Of a DNA stretch of 54,937 nt, positions 28,167 through 37,958 are shown piece by piece (the first letter of the stretch is position 1; each line of letters begins with the position of its first letter). Where the stretch lies: assembly GCA_051745145.1 (NCBI GenBank), contig JBNJDT010000009.1, positions 1 to 54,937 of the forward strand, in the 5' to 3' direction. The DNA is from Elusimicrobiota bacterium. GTDB lineage: Bacteria; CG03; SLGR01; JAGXOG01. Both the position numbers and the translations under genes were made by a program. The notes below the pieces were generated by a model that was given only the letters and a program-made list of their open reading frames with translations, made no database searches and was not told where the DNA came from.

Positions 28167-29336
28167 ATGGATACTCACAATAAAACTGTACAGATTTTGA
28201 AGGATATTTCTGAGAAATACGAACTTAACAATTTAAAAGAAATTTTAAAAGATGACGATGCGCTGTTATTTAAAAAAGATATTTTTATTAGTTTAAATAA
28301 TATCTTAAATGCTAAATTGGCAGACGGAGATACTCTTGAACTGCTTAAGGAAGCCAAAAATATTTATGACGCCCCTATTTTTGTAATCGACCCCGAAAAA
28401 GATATTTATAAAATTGAAAATGAGCCTGATTTTGAAAAAGCCGGGGAAACTTTAAAGCGTTATTCGTATTGTTTTGATCTGAGTCCCTATCATATAGTAA
28501 ACACTTTATTAGCCATCGTAGTAGCCCAGGTGGGCGGTATAAATCTGGATGAACTTATAGATAAAGGCGATGAACACGTACAGGCTTCCATAGCTCATTC
28601 CCTCCATAATAATCCCAACTGGGATGAAGAAACTCTAAAAACCGACGACCCGAAGCTGATAATGCCCGTGGGGGCGGCAGGAAGCGGAAAGTCAACTTTC
28701 TACAATGAACTTTCCAATGTAGTGAATTTTTCCTGTGACAATATGAGATATCTTTTATTTAAGGAATACGGCCCCTGTTTTAGTGCCTGGGAGAGCTGCC
28801 TTTCCTGGTGGGTGGTGAACAGATTACTCGATAGTTATATACGGGAAGGGTATAACACTTTTTACAATGGCGTTAATACGGATTTGGAATACCGTTCCCC
28901 GATTACCATGGAAGATCCCGATCCCCTTTTTGCGGGAATGCCATATGATGTAGAAATAGTTTATTTTGAACCTCCGGTAGAATTAACTGACGAAGAACTG
29001 GAAGAATTAAAATCCGTAAATCTGTGGGAAAAATCCATAGATGATATTGATTTTAATAAATATTCCTATAACGTAGCCAAAGTGCTGGAAATGGTTAGAG
29101 ATAATTATAAAAGAACAATTGCCCGGACTGAAAAAATCAATGCCGGTGAAGTCCAGCAGGATCCTTTTGATGTTCAGTATGCGGTGCCCGCCCCGGTGGT
29201 AAAGCTTTTTGTGGAACAGTCTTTTGATAAACCCCAGGGAGATAGCGTTACCGTTGTAAGAAGAAAAGAGATTCCCGATCCGGTAGAACGTTCCAGATTT
29301 TACAAAAAATACGCCCGAAAAGTAATGGGCGAGTAA
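28167..29336 (+). CDS. Uncharacterised acidic P-loop kinase-like protein (AAA_33/PNK-like core)
   Basis: Walker A MPVGAAGSGKST followed by SCDNMR; SD GGAGG. Confidence 0.6.
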   Translation: MDTHNKTVQILKDISEKYELNNLKEILKDDDALLFKKDIFISLNNILNAKLADGDTLELLKEAKNIYDAPIFVIDPEKDIYKIENEPDFEKAGETLKRYSYCFDLSPYHIVNTLLAIVVAQVGGINLDELIDKGDEHVQASIAHSLHNNPNWDEETLKTDDPKLIMPVGAAGSGKSTFYNELSNVVNFSCDNMRYLLFKEYGPCFSAWESCLSWWVVNRLLDSYIREGYNTFYNGVNTDLEYRSPITMEDPDPLFAGMPYDVEIVYFEPPVELTDEELEELKSVNLWEKSIDDIDFNKYSYNVAKVLEMVRDNYKRTIARTEKINAGEVQQDPFDVQYAVPAPVVKLFVEQSFDKPQGDSVTVVRRKEIPDPVERSRFYKKYARKVMGE

Positions 29337-29414
29337 AACCCTCCGGTTTTTTAATTACCGGTAGAAAAAATTTGTATGTCCCTTCAATAATCCGGAAAAA
29401 AGTATTATGATTTT

Positions 29415-30935
29415 ATGAATATCGATAATTCAATGCGTTTATTATCCGGGGGAAAAATAAGCTTCGATACAAAGCACGGAGCTGAAATTTACCGAAGAAG
29501 TTTAATAGTGCTTCTTCAGTGTGCTATATATGAATTATACGATAAAGTAAATGTGCAGATCGGTCAGACCCTTATGCACGGTTATTATTTTGAACTTACA
29601 GAACTTGAGAAATTCCCCCCTAATTTTTTAGAAAAAGTAAGTAAACGCATGCGGGAAATTGTTGAAAAAGACGAGAATTTTTCCCGAAAGGTTCTGGATA
29701 AAGAAAAGTTGAAAAACAGGTACAAAACCATAGGGCGCATGGATAAAGTGCGGGCTATATCAAGTTTGAACCGGGATAAGATAAAAATTGTAACTCTAAG
29801 GAGATACTTTGACTATATTCTTACCGATTGCGTTAGGAGCACCTCTTATTTAAAAACCTTTCGACTGGTAAAATATAAAGGCGGTTTTGTCTTGCAGTTT
29901 CCCATCAGGGGAAATATAAATAAATTACCTCTCGATCCCGACAGACAGGAAAAATTATACCGGGTATACACCGAAACCAGGCGGTGGAATTCTATTTTGG
30001 GAGTCCGCCACGTATCGGATTTAAATGAAGTTATAAAGAAAAAAGATATAGGCCAGTTAATAAATATACAGGAAACTTTTCACGAGAAAAAAATAGATAA
30101 AATTGCCTGGAAGATTACCGAAAATTTTCCCGAGCAGAAGATTGTATTTATAGCGGGACCTTCCGCTTCCGGAAAGACTACTTTTATCAAAAGACTGGGA
30201 ATACGGTTAATGGCCAATGGCCTGAATACAGAAGAGATTAATCTGGATGACTATTTTAAACCCCGCAGTGAAACACCCCGCACCCCGGATGGCGATTATG
30301 ATTTTGAGAGTTTAGAGGCCCTGGATATCCAGCTGCTGGACACCCATCTAAAGAAACTTTTAAATGGAGAGACAGTTGACCGGTTGAAGTTTGATTTTAA
30401 AGTGGGAGAAAAGAAAAAAACCGGCCAAAAAATACATATGGGAAAACAGTCAGTACTTTTAGTTGAGGGGATTCACGGTTTAAATCCGGTTATTACTTCA
30501 AAGATACCTGCCAGTAGGTGCTATAAAATTTTTGTAAGCGCATTGACTCAACTTTTCATAGATAACGATACCCGGATATTTACTTCCGATTCCCGGTTAA
30601 TGCGACGCCTTATACGGGATAGTAAGTTCAGAAAATATTCCGCCAGGGAAACACTGCAAAGATTTCCGAAAGTCAGGGAGGGTGAAGATAAGTACATATT
30701 TCCCTTTCAACAAAGCGCGGATGTTTTCTTTAATTCTTCTCTTATATACGAACAAGCTGTACTTAAATCTTATATAAATGAACTCTTGACGGATTTTGAA
30801 AACGGCGCTCCGGAATACTATGAAGCCCGTCGCATTATAAAATATCTTGAGTTTTTTGACACTATCCCCCCCCGTAAAGTTCCGGAAAAATCTATTCTAC
30901 GGGAGTTTATAGGCAAGAGCTATTTCAGTTACTGA
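29415..30935 (+). CDS. Nucleoside (uridine) kinase with N-terminal ThrRS-like domain
   Basis: YRRSL...GYYFE...MREIVEKD, AGPSASGKTT, LDDYF, EGIHGLNP, RLMRR..RD, SILREFIG. Confidence 0.88.
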   Translation: MNIDNSMRLLSGGKISFDTKHGAEIYRRSLIVLLQCAIYELYDKVNVQIGQTLMHGYYFELTELEKFPPNFLEKVSKRMREIVEKDENFSRKVLDKEKLKNRYKTIGRMDKVRAISSLNRDKIKIVTLRRYFDYILTDCVRSTSYLKTFRLVKYKGGFVLQFPIRGNINKLPLDPDRQEKLYRVYTETRRWNSILGVRHVSDLNEVIKKKDIGQLINIQETFHEKKIDKIAWKITENFPEQKIVFIAGPSASGKTTFIKRLGIRLMANGLNTEEINLDDYFKPRSETPRTPDGDYDFESLEALDIQLLDTHLKKLLNGETVDRLKFDFKVGEKKKTGQKIHMGKQSVLLVEGIHGLNPVITSKIPASRCYKIFVSALTQLFIDNDTRIFTSDSRLMRRLIRDSKFRKYSARETLQRFPKVREGEDKYIFPFQQSADVFFNSSLIYEQAVLKSYINELLTDFENGAPEYYEARRIIKYLEFFDTIPPRKVPEKSILREFIGKSYFSY

Positions 30936-31569
30936 ATACACATTTATCCTTATCTTTTAATCGAATAGATTTAAAATTAAGTTTATCTCCCAGAAAATGC
31001 AGGGTTTTTTTTGAGAAAAAACTTCTATGGGTCGGATCTCTTTTATACCACCAGTTTAAAAAATCTTTTGAGTTTCCCGGATGAAACCTGGTATTTATGG
31101 ATAAAATGCCGTTGTTAGATAAAAGCTCGGTTAAATTTTTTAAAGTTTTTAAGGGGTCTTTTAAATGCTCGATTACCTCTACTAAAACGATTATGTCGTA
31201 TTTTTGGTTTTTATAATCCGTATCCGGGTAAAAATATTTGTCGTATTTATTAACCCTGTATCCATTTTGTTCCAGTAAATATGAAAGAACAGGGGTATGA
31301 CCGCAGCCAAAATCAAGTATTCTGGCCCCGGAATTAGTATACGGGAAAACACATTTTTTTAAAAAAGAAGTTAAAAAATCGACATATCCTTTATTATCCA
31401 ATGAGTTATTGTGGGTAATATATCTTTCTTTTTCAGTCTTTTTGTCGGGAAAATACTGTCTGTGCGTGAATATGAATTTACACCTGGGACACAATGAGTA
31501 CTTTTTACTGTCCTGTATTAACTGCAGCTTTTGAAAACCGCATATTCTGCATTTATTTTTTATAGTCAA
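30925..31569 (-). CDS. Class I SAM-dependent methyltransferase with N-terminal zinc ribbon
   Basis: CRIC/CPRC, LDFGCG, EVIEHL, WWYKRDPTH. Confidence 0.88.
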   Translation of the reverse strand: MTIKNKCRICGFQKLQLIQDSKKYSLCPRCKFIFTHRQYFPDKKTEKERYITHNNSLDNKGYVDFLTSFLKKCVFPYTNSGARILDFGCGHTPVLSYLLEQNGYRVNKYDKYFYPDTDYKNQKYDIIVLVEVIEHLKDPLKTLKNLTELLSNNGILSINTRFHPGNSKDFLNWWYKRDPTHRSFFSKKTLHFLGDKLNFKSIRLKDKDKCVFSN

Positions 31570-31589
31570 GGTATGTTCTGATTTATAAT

Positions 31590-32126
31590 TTAATTTACGT
31601 AAGTTTTGCCTTTTTGGAGAGCTTTTTTATTAATTTTTATGAATTTCTTTTTTTTGCCGGTTAATAAAGCGGGAACGGCCTTAATAAGAGAACTAAATTT
31701 TAGTATGCGGGTATTTTCCATTAAAGCCCCGAGCATTATTGCATTCATAACCAGATGGGAACCGCATTCTTCGGCTAATTCATTGGCCGGGATTTTGATT
31801 GTATTTACTTTAGCCGGTAAATTCTCCGGTTTAAATAAACTGGAGTTAACTGCGATAATTCCGTTTTCTTTTACTTTATCCGAAAATTTTAAAAAAGAGG
31901 GTTTATTAAAAGAAAGTAGAATATGGGGGCTGGCTACAGCCGGCGAACCTATGGGGGAGTCTGAAATTATTACTTGACAGTTAGCGGTCCCTCCCCTCAT
32001 TTCCGCCCCGTATGACGGGAAGAAAGTAACGTGTTTTCCCTCTTCCATACCTGCCTGACAGAGAAGAGTACCGGTAAAAAGTACCCCCTGCCCCCCGAAA
32101 CCGCTGATTATTATTTTTTTATTCAA
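31590..32126 (-). CDS. 2-oxoacid:ferredoxin oxidoreductase gamma subunit
   Basis: SGFGGQG, PSYGAEMRGGTANC, NAIMLGA. Confidence 0.93.
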   Translation of the reverse strand: MNKKIIISGFGGQGVLFTGTLLCQAGMEEGKHVTFFPSYGAEMRGGTANCQVIISDSPIGSPAVASPHILLSFNKPSFLKFSDKVKENGIIAVNSSLFKPENLPAKVNTIKIPANELAEECGSHLVMNAIMLGALMENTRILKFSSLIKAVPALLTGKKKKFIKINKKALQKGKTYVN

Positions 32127-32847
32127 TATCTTTATATACTCCCGGAGGATAAAATTTAGCCATTTTTTCTTTAATAAGCTGCCGTGATTCTTCAGGGGTA
32201 ACCCCCCAGCCCGTAGGACACATGGATAAAAATTCTACCAGCGAGAGGCCTTTATTTTCCAACTGATAAGTTATAGCTTTTTTTATAGCTTTTTTGGCTT
32301 TTATGATTTTAGACGGAGCATCAACAGACACTCTTTCAAGATATGCCACCCCCTTAATAGTGGAAAGGAGCTCGCAAACTTTTACCGGATTGCCGTCTTC
32401 CGGGGCCCGGCCTTTTGTAGTAGTGGTAGTTATTTGCTCAGGCATGGTTGTAGGAGCCATTTGCCCGCCCGTCATTCCGTAACATGCATTATTTACAAAA
32501 AGTATAGTAATATTTTCTCCTCTGTGAGCGGCATGGAGGAGCTCGTTTCCCCCTATAGCTGCTAAATCGCCGTCCCCCTGATAGGTAATCACTGTTTTTT
32601 CGGGGGCAACTCGTTTAATACCCGTAGCCACAGCCGGAGGCCTGCCGTGGGCGGCTTCGGCAGTATCGAAGTTCCAGTAAAAATAACCGAATACGGCACA
32701 GCCCACCGGAGCAATAGCTATTGTGTTATCCCGGATATTAAGCTCGTCTATAACCTCGGCTAAAAGCCGGTGAATGATGCCGTGTCCGCATCCCGGACAG
32801 TAATGAGTACTAACTTTGTTGAGGCTTTGGGGCAGTTTAAAATTCAT
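32119..32847 (-). CDS. 2-oxoacid:ferredoxin oxidoreductase beta (TPP-binding) subunit, VOR-type
   Basis: HYCPGCGHG, HGR, QGDGDL..IG, NN..YGMTGGQ, CPTGW. Confidence 0.93.
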   Translation of the reverse strand: MNFKLPQSLNKVSTHYCPGCGHGIIHRLLAEVIDELNIRDNTIAIAPVGCAVFGYFYWNFDTAEAAHGRPPAVATGIKRVAPEKTVITYQGDGDLAAIGGNELLHAAHRGENITILFVNNACYGMTGGQMAPTTMPEQITTTTTKGRAPEDGNPVKVCELLSTIKGVAYLERVSVDAPSKIIKAKKAIKKAITYQLENKGLSLVEFLSMCPTGWGVTPEESRQLIKEKMAKFYPPGVYKDIE

Positions 32848-33899
32848 TACAGCATTTCCTCTATCTTTTGAATGATGTTGTCCACTTGCGGGATTCCGCC
32901 TGCCGGACGGCCGTAAAATTCTACATTTTCATTATTACGGGCGGCCAGTTTTACATCGTCAACTAACTGCCCCATGGACATCTCAACTACTAAGATTTTG
33001 GAATTTTCGGTTAACTGATTAATTCTTTTTTTGGGAAAAGGATATACGGTTTTAAACCGGAAATAGCCAACTTTTAATCCTTTATCCCTTGCTTTAATAA
33101 AAGCATCCAGGTTTATTCTTGCGCTTATACCGTAGCCGGCAAGTATAATATCGGCATCTTCTACTTCTTTTTCTTCCCAGTCGACAAGATGGGAAAAATT
33201 ATCGTATCTTTCAAAAATTCTGTAATTTAAATCTTCCAGTTCATTCTCCCCCATATACAAAGATCTAATAAATCTGGAATCCCGGTCTTTGGCTCCTGTG
33301 AGATTCCAGCCCCGGTCGGGAAGTTCACCGCTGTCATAATTTTTACTGTCAGCTTTTTCAATTTCCGCCGGTTCCATCATCTGCCCTAAAACGCCGTCGG
33401 CAAGTATCATTGCCGGGGTGCGGTATTTTATGGATACATCAAAGGCGTCCCTGGTCATTTCGTAGAGTTCCTGTACTGTTGAGGGAGTGTATACAATTAG
33501 GCGGTAATCACCGTGGCCTCCGCCTTTGGTGGCCTGAAAATAATCTCCCTGGGCCCCGGATATGTTACCCAGGCCCGGCCCTCCGCGCTGAACATTTACG
33601 ATTACTCCCGGAAGCTCACAACCGGCCATATAAGAGATACCTTCCTGCATTAAAGATATACCGGGGGACGATGAGGAAGTCATAACTTTTTTACCTGTTA
33701 GGGCCCCGCCGAAAACCATATTAATAGAAGCCAGTTCGGACTCGGATTGGAGGAATACCCGACCCTCCTGCCGTATACGTACGCTCATATATTCTGTAAT
33801 CTCGTTTTGGGGGGTGATGGGGTAGCCAAAATAAGCATCGACTCCTCCGGCCAGAGCCCCTTCTACGACAGCGTGATTTCCTTTCCAGAGTGTACTCAT
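32847..33899 (-). CDS. vorB: 2-oxoacid:ferredoxin oxidoreductase alpha subunit (VorB-like)
   Basis: GYPITPQ, QSESE, TSSSSPGISL, RGGPGLG, KGGGHGDY, EMSMGQ. Confidence 0.92.
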   Translation of the reverse strand: MSTLWKGNHAVVEGALAGGVDAYFGYPITPQNEITEYMSVRIRQEGRVFLQSESELASINMVFGGALTGKKVMTSSSSPGISLMQEGISYMAGCELPGVIVNVQRGGPGLGNISGAQGDYFQATKGGGHGDYRLIVYTPSTVQELYEMTRDAFDVSIKYRTPAMILADGVLGQMMEPAEIEKADSKNYDSGELPDRGWNLTGAKDRDSRFIRSLYMGENELEDLNYRIFERYDNFSHLVDWEEKEVEDADIILAGYGISARINLDAFIKARDKGLKVGYFRFKTVYPFPKKRINQLTENSKILVVEMSMGQLVDDVKLAARNNENVEFYGRPAGGIPQVDNIIQKIEEML

Positions 33900-34114
33900 T
33901 GTTCTTTTATTTGAATAGCATTATCCGGGCATACCATATAGCAAAAACCGCACAGACTGCAGTCCCCTTGCCATTCTACGGGGTGATATCCATTGGCGTT
34001 AAAAGTTTCTTTAAAAGATAAAGCATTATCCGGACATGTCTCTATACAGTAGGCACAAGCTTTGCAAAAATCGCTGTTTATAGTCACTGCTTTTTTGGAT
34101 TTTGTTTTTTTCAT
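33896..34114 (-). CDS. 2x[4Fe-4S] ferredoxin (delta subunit)
   Basis: CKACAYCIETCP and CSLCGFCYMVCP. Confidence 0.92.
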   Translation of the reverse strand: MKKTKSKKAVTINSDFCKACAYCIETCPDNALSFKETFNANGYHPVEWQGDCSLCGFCYMVCPDNAIQIKEQ

Positions 34115-34280
34115 TTAACTTTCAATTATTATATCTTTTTGGTGTTTTTTGTAAAGTAGTATTGTAAAAACGGTATTTAAAATAGTCGAACCGGTTAATA
34201 GTTTTTGGAAAAGTAAACTTAAAATAACTATAATATAAAAATTAATTAAAAATTATTAATAAAATTGCTAAATTTACAAA

Positions 34281-35402
34281 ATGTTAAAAATAATTAAAAA
34301 GTTTCCCATATATAATAAGACAGCAGTTGCCATTATACTAAGTCTAAGTGTATTTTTCTGGGCAGATAATGTAAATGCTTATTCCAAAAACCGGAATACC
34401 TTTGTCCGGGCCCGGGTAATTGAAATAAGTGATAAAGTCCCCCCTGAATTTGAGAGCACCCAGAAGGTTAAGGTTAAGATTTTATCGGGAAAATTAAAAG
34501 ACGAGGTAGTAGTTGCCGATAATTTTATAAACTCATATGAGGGGTACAATACCCAGGTGAAAAAAGGCAGAAAAGTTATATTAAAAATTACGGATCCCGG
34601 TAAAAGTACTCAAACAATTAATGTGGAAGATTATTATCGGGCGCCCTATTTATTCTATTCTCTCTTATTATTTATAATAATATTTTTAGCGGTGGTCGGC
34701 TGGAAAAATAAAAATGTTTTGATGGTGGTTTTGTTGAATTTTATTTTAATAATATTTGTATTGCTTCCTCTTATTAAAATAGGATTTTCACCGTTGGTCA
34801 GCACTATTTTGGTGGTAGGTTTTGGCATATTTGTTTCTATTTATATAATTTTCGGACCGGGGAGGAAATTAACTGCTGCTACAATGGGAGCAATTATCGG
34901 AATAGCTTCAGCGGGTATTCTAACTTTAATTTCTCTTGATTATTTTCACTTAAGTGGTTTCTTCTCAAGGGAGGCCCGGATGCTTCTCCTGGTCTCCCGG
35001 CATTTAGACGGCTGGAATATTACTGATTTAAACGGTTTAATGGCTGCCGGTATTATGGTGGCCAGTATGGGGGCAGTTATGGATATTGCCGTAACTGTAA
35101 CTTCCGCCAGTAAAAATATAGCCGATCAGACAGAAAGTATAACAGCTTCAAGAGTTTTGGCGGCCGGCATGAATGTAGGCCGGGATGTAATTTCCACTAT
35201 GATAAATAGTTTAATTCTTGTCTTTACAGGTATAGCTTTGCCTCTAATAGGGGTATTTGAAATTTTGGATATACAACTATACCGGGTAATCAATTTTGAG
35301 TTCTTTGCTGTTTTGATATTGTCGGCAATTATATCGAGTACGGCTTTAGTACTTACGGTTCCGGTAACAGCTTTAATAAACAGCTGGATATTTAAAGAAT
35401 GA
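34281..35402 (+). CDS. YibE/F-family membrane protein
   Basis: Soluble N domain, DYYR, GAVMDIA, GMNVGRD.ISTMINSL. Confidence 0.88.
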   Translation: MLKIIKKFPIYNKTAVAIILSLSVFFWADNVNAYSKNRNTFVRARVIEISDKVPPEFESTQKVKVKILSGKLKDEVVVADNFINSYEGYNTQVKKGRKVILKITDPGKSTQTINVEDYYRAPYLFYSLLLFIIIFLAVVGWKNKNVLMVVLLNFILIIFVLLPLIKIGFSPLVSTILVVGFGIFVSIYIIFGPGRKLTAATMGAIIGIASAGILTLISLDYFHLSGFFSREARMLLLVSRHLDGWNITDLNGLMAAGIMVASMGAVMDIAVTVTSASKNIADQTESITASRVLAAGMNVGRDVISTMINSLILVFTGIALPLIGVFEILDIQLYRVINFEFFAVLILSAIISSTALVLTVPVTALINSWIFKE

Positions 35403-36511
35403 ATTATAAGTTTAAGATATTTTTTATCAGTATCATACTTTTGTGGGGCTGTAGTCCGGTATTCTCGGCGACTCGAGACCGGCCGGGCATTGAGTTCCAT
35501 ACTCATCCATTAATGGATATGGCGGAATCCGATAGAACCATAGTCCGGGGGGAAGTTCTCGAAGTTACCCGAAAATGGTCCCGCGCTCAAGAAGGACTGG
35601 TGAAAATACGGATGGTTTCCGGTAAATTTAAGAGAAGTATTGTTCACGCAAAATATTTTTCGGGTTTAAATTTTTCAGAAAATACGAATGTATTAATAAG
35701 TTATATAGAGGATAAAGATAAGCCGGCCGAGGTATTTATTGAGGATTATGATCGAACGGGAAGTTTTGTCCTGCTTATATTGTTATTTATTGGTTTGGTT
35801 CTGGTGGTAGGAGGAAGAAGATCTTTTTACGCTCTCGGAGCTTTAGGCTGTGGAGTGCTGGCCGTAAAATATATATTAATTCCAGCGGTAATTTCCGGCG
35901 CATCGCCTATTTTATTTACAGTTATCACGGTGGGAATTGTTGTTGGTTTAACTATGCTGGCAGTGCATGGATTTTCAAAAGAGGCCTTAGTCTGTTTTTC
36001 AGGTGCTATGGGGGGGATACTGGCAGTACTAATTCTGGGAATATTTTTTTATAATATTTCCCGCATAAGCGGAGTTTATATGGAAGAGCTGCAGCTTATG
36101 AAGTACGCAGGTGATAAAATTAACGATAAACCGGTAAGCTTTTTCAGAAATTTTTTAACTGCTGTACTGGTCTTAGGTTCCAGCGGAGTTATCATGGATG
36201 CGGCCATGAGCATAACTTCCTCTATGAAGGAGGCTATGCATCAGGGGATAAAAGAAAACAAAAAGATAGTTAAAGTGGGGCAGGCTGTTAAGAAAGATAT
36301 TATTTTAACTATGGCTAATACTTTAATGGTAGCCTTTATAGGAGCATCTCTGGGACAGTTTCTGGTCCAAAGCCTGCATGTAAGCAGCATTATACAGCTT
36401 ATAAATATGGAATTTTTTCATGTGCAGTTTTACTACGTAACTCTCGGCAGCATAGGGTTTATTCTGGGAGCTCAAATTACTGAAAAGTTAGCTTCTCATA
36501 TATTGGATTAA
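35399..36511 (+). CDS. YibE/F-family membrane protein (tandem paralog)
   Basis: DYDR, GVIMDAAMSI, KDIILTMANTL..AFIG.SL; ATGA overlap. Confidence 0.85.
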   Translation: MNYKFKIFFISIILLWGCSPVFSATRDRPGIEFHTHPLMDMAESDRTIVRGEVLEVTRKWSRAQEGLVKIRMVSGKFKRSIVHAKYFSGLNFSENTNVLISYIEDKDKPAEVFIEDYDRTGSFVLLILLFIGLVLVVGGRRSFYALGALGCGVLAVKYILIPAVISGASPILFTVITVGIVVGLTMLAVHGFSKEALVCFSGAMGGILAVLILGIFFYNISRISGVYMEELQLMKYAGDKINDKPVSFFRNFLTAVLVLGSSGVIMDAAMSITSSMKEAMHQGIKENKKIVKVGQAVKKDIILTMANTLMVAFIGASLGQFLVQSLHVSSIIQLINMEFFHVQFYYVTLGSIGFILGAQITEKLASHILD

Positions 36512-36530
36512 TTACTAAAATTTAAATCAT

Positions 36531-36560
36531 TTGACAAAGCCTCAAGCTTTTATATAATAA
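36531..36560 (+). promoter_or_regulatory. sigma70 promoter of the ArsR-trxA operon
   Basis: TTGACA-N18-TATAAT. Confidence 0.6.
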
Positions 36561-36577
36561 TATTAGGATATGATAAT

Positions 36578-36874
36578 ATGAAATTAGAAAAAGATATAAA
36601 ATACAGAAATGCAGCAGAATATTTTAAAGCGTTTTCTCATCCGACGCGGCTGTTAATTATAGAGAAATTATTAAAGAATGAGCAATGTGTCGGAGATATT
36701 AAAAAATCTCTGGGATTAAAGCAGGCTAACGTATCCCAGCATCTTGGTATACTGAGAAATAAAGATATAGTGGATTATACGATAAAAGGAAAGAAAAGAT
36801 GCTATTACCTTAAAGTTCCAGAGAAGGTAAAAGAAATATTTGAATGTAGTTTTAAAGCGGCCGGTAAAAATTAA
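36578..36874 (+). CDS. ArsR/SmtB-family transcriptional repressor
   Basis: FKAFSHPTRL.II, QCVGDI, QANVSQHL.ILR. Confidence 0.93.
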   Translation: MKLEKDIKYRNAAEYFKAFSHPTRLLIIEKLLKNEQCVGDIKKSLGLKQANVSQHLGILRNKDIVDYTIKGKKRCYYLKVPEKVKEIFECSFKAAGKN

Positions 36875-36918
36875 ATCCGGCAGAAGAGAAGTTTAAGAAA
36901 TTTTAAAGGAGGAAAGTT

Positions 36919-37239
36919 ATGACTGTAGAAGTAAATAATAATAATTTTCAAGAGGAAGTTATAGAATCGGATTTGCCTGTCCTGGTGGATTTTTGGGCAG
37001 AGTGGTGTGGCCCCTGCAAGATGGTAGCTCCTACGGTAAAGGAGATAGCTTCCGATTATGAAGGAAAATTAAAAGTATGTAAATTAAATGTTGATAACGC
37101 CAAAGAGGTAGCTGCACAATACCAGATAATGAGTATACCTACTTTAGCAATTTTTAAAGATGGACAGGTAGTTGATAAAATCGTAGGTGCTGTTCCCAAA
37201 GAAGCTATAGCAGAAAAAGTAGAAACGTATCTGGATTAA
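36919..37239 (+). CDS. trxA: Thioredoxin
   Basis: [17 protein letters not shown]. Confidence 0.97.
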   Translation: MTVEVNNNNFQEEVIESDLPVLVDFWAEWCGPCKMVAPTVKEIASDYEGKLKVCKLNVDNAKEVAAQYQIMSIPTLAIFKDGQVVDKIVGAVPKEAIAEKVETYLD

Positions 37240-37244
37240 GAGCG

Positions 37245-37469
37245 ATGCCTATTTATGAATACAGATGTAAAAACTGCGGCAGCAGATTTGAAAAACTGAT
37301 TGGAGTAACAGAAGATTCTTCAAAGATAACTTGTCCCGATTGTTCGAATGCAGAAGTTGAAAAACTTTTATCGACTTTTAACAGTGGAGGGTCCGTAAAA
37401 GACAGTTTCTCGGCCCCCTCTGCCTGTCCCAGCTGCGCCAATCAAGGTTCCGGGAGCTGCTCCCTTTAG
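37245..37469 (+). CDS. FmdB-family zinc-ribbon protein
   Basis: [12 protein letters not shown]...CP.C plus Cys-rich tail. Confidence 0.9.
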   Translation: MPIYEYRCKNCGSRFEKLIGVTEDSSKITCPDCSNAEVEKLLSTFNSGGSVKDSFSAPSACPSCANQGSGSCSL

Positions 37470-37478
37470 GGTATAGCT

Positions 37479-37856
37479 GTGCAGCAGTTTGAAAAATTTC
37501 TCCAAGGCGATAAATTTGCCGTGGCCGGGTCTTTCAGGAAAAAATCTAAATACGCCTACCAGATTCTTTTAAAGTTGCTTAACAAAAATAAAGAAGTATA
37601 TCCTGTAAATCCGGCCGGGGGAAAAGTGGAAGGCCTGAATGTCTATGAGAAGATAATTGATATACCCGGTGATATTGATTCAGTGAGCTTAGTTACCCCC
37701 CCTGCGGTTACTGAAAAATTAGTAAAAGAAAGTAAAGATAAAGGGGCAGAGTATGTCTGGATGCAGCCCGGCGCGGAAAGTAAAAAAGCTATCCGGTACT
37801 GTAAGGATAATGATATAGAAGTAATTTACCAGGCCTGCCTAATACTGGAAGCTTGA
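37479..37856 (+). CDS. CoA-binding protein (YccU-like)
   Basis: AVAGS, VYPVNP, VWMQPGAE, ACL. Confidence 0.9.
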   Translation: MQQFEKFLQGDKFAVAGSFRKKSKYAYQILLKLLNKNKEVYPVNPAGGKVEGLNVYEKIIDIPGDIDSVSLVTPPAVTEKLVKESKDKGAEYVWMQPGAESKKAIRYCKDNDIEVIYQACLILEA

Positions 37857-37958
37857 ATTCTCTTTTCTATTTTTATAAAATTTTTAATAAATCCCATTAA
37901 TAAATTATAGTATCAAAAAATATTGGAAAATTCTGGAGGACAGTGAGGGTATTATTTT

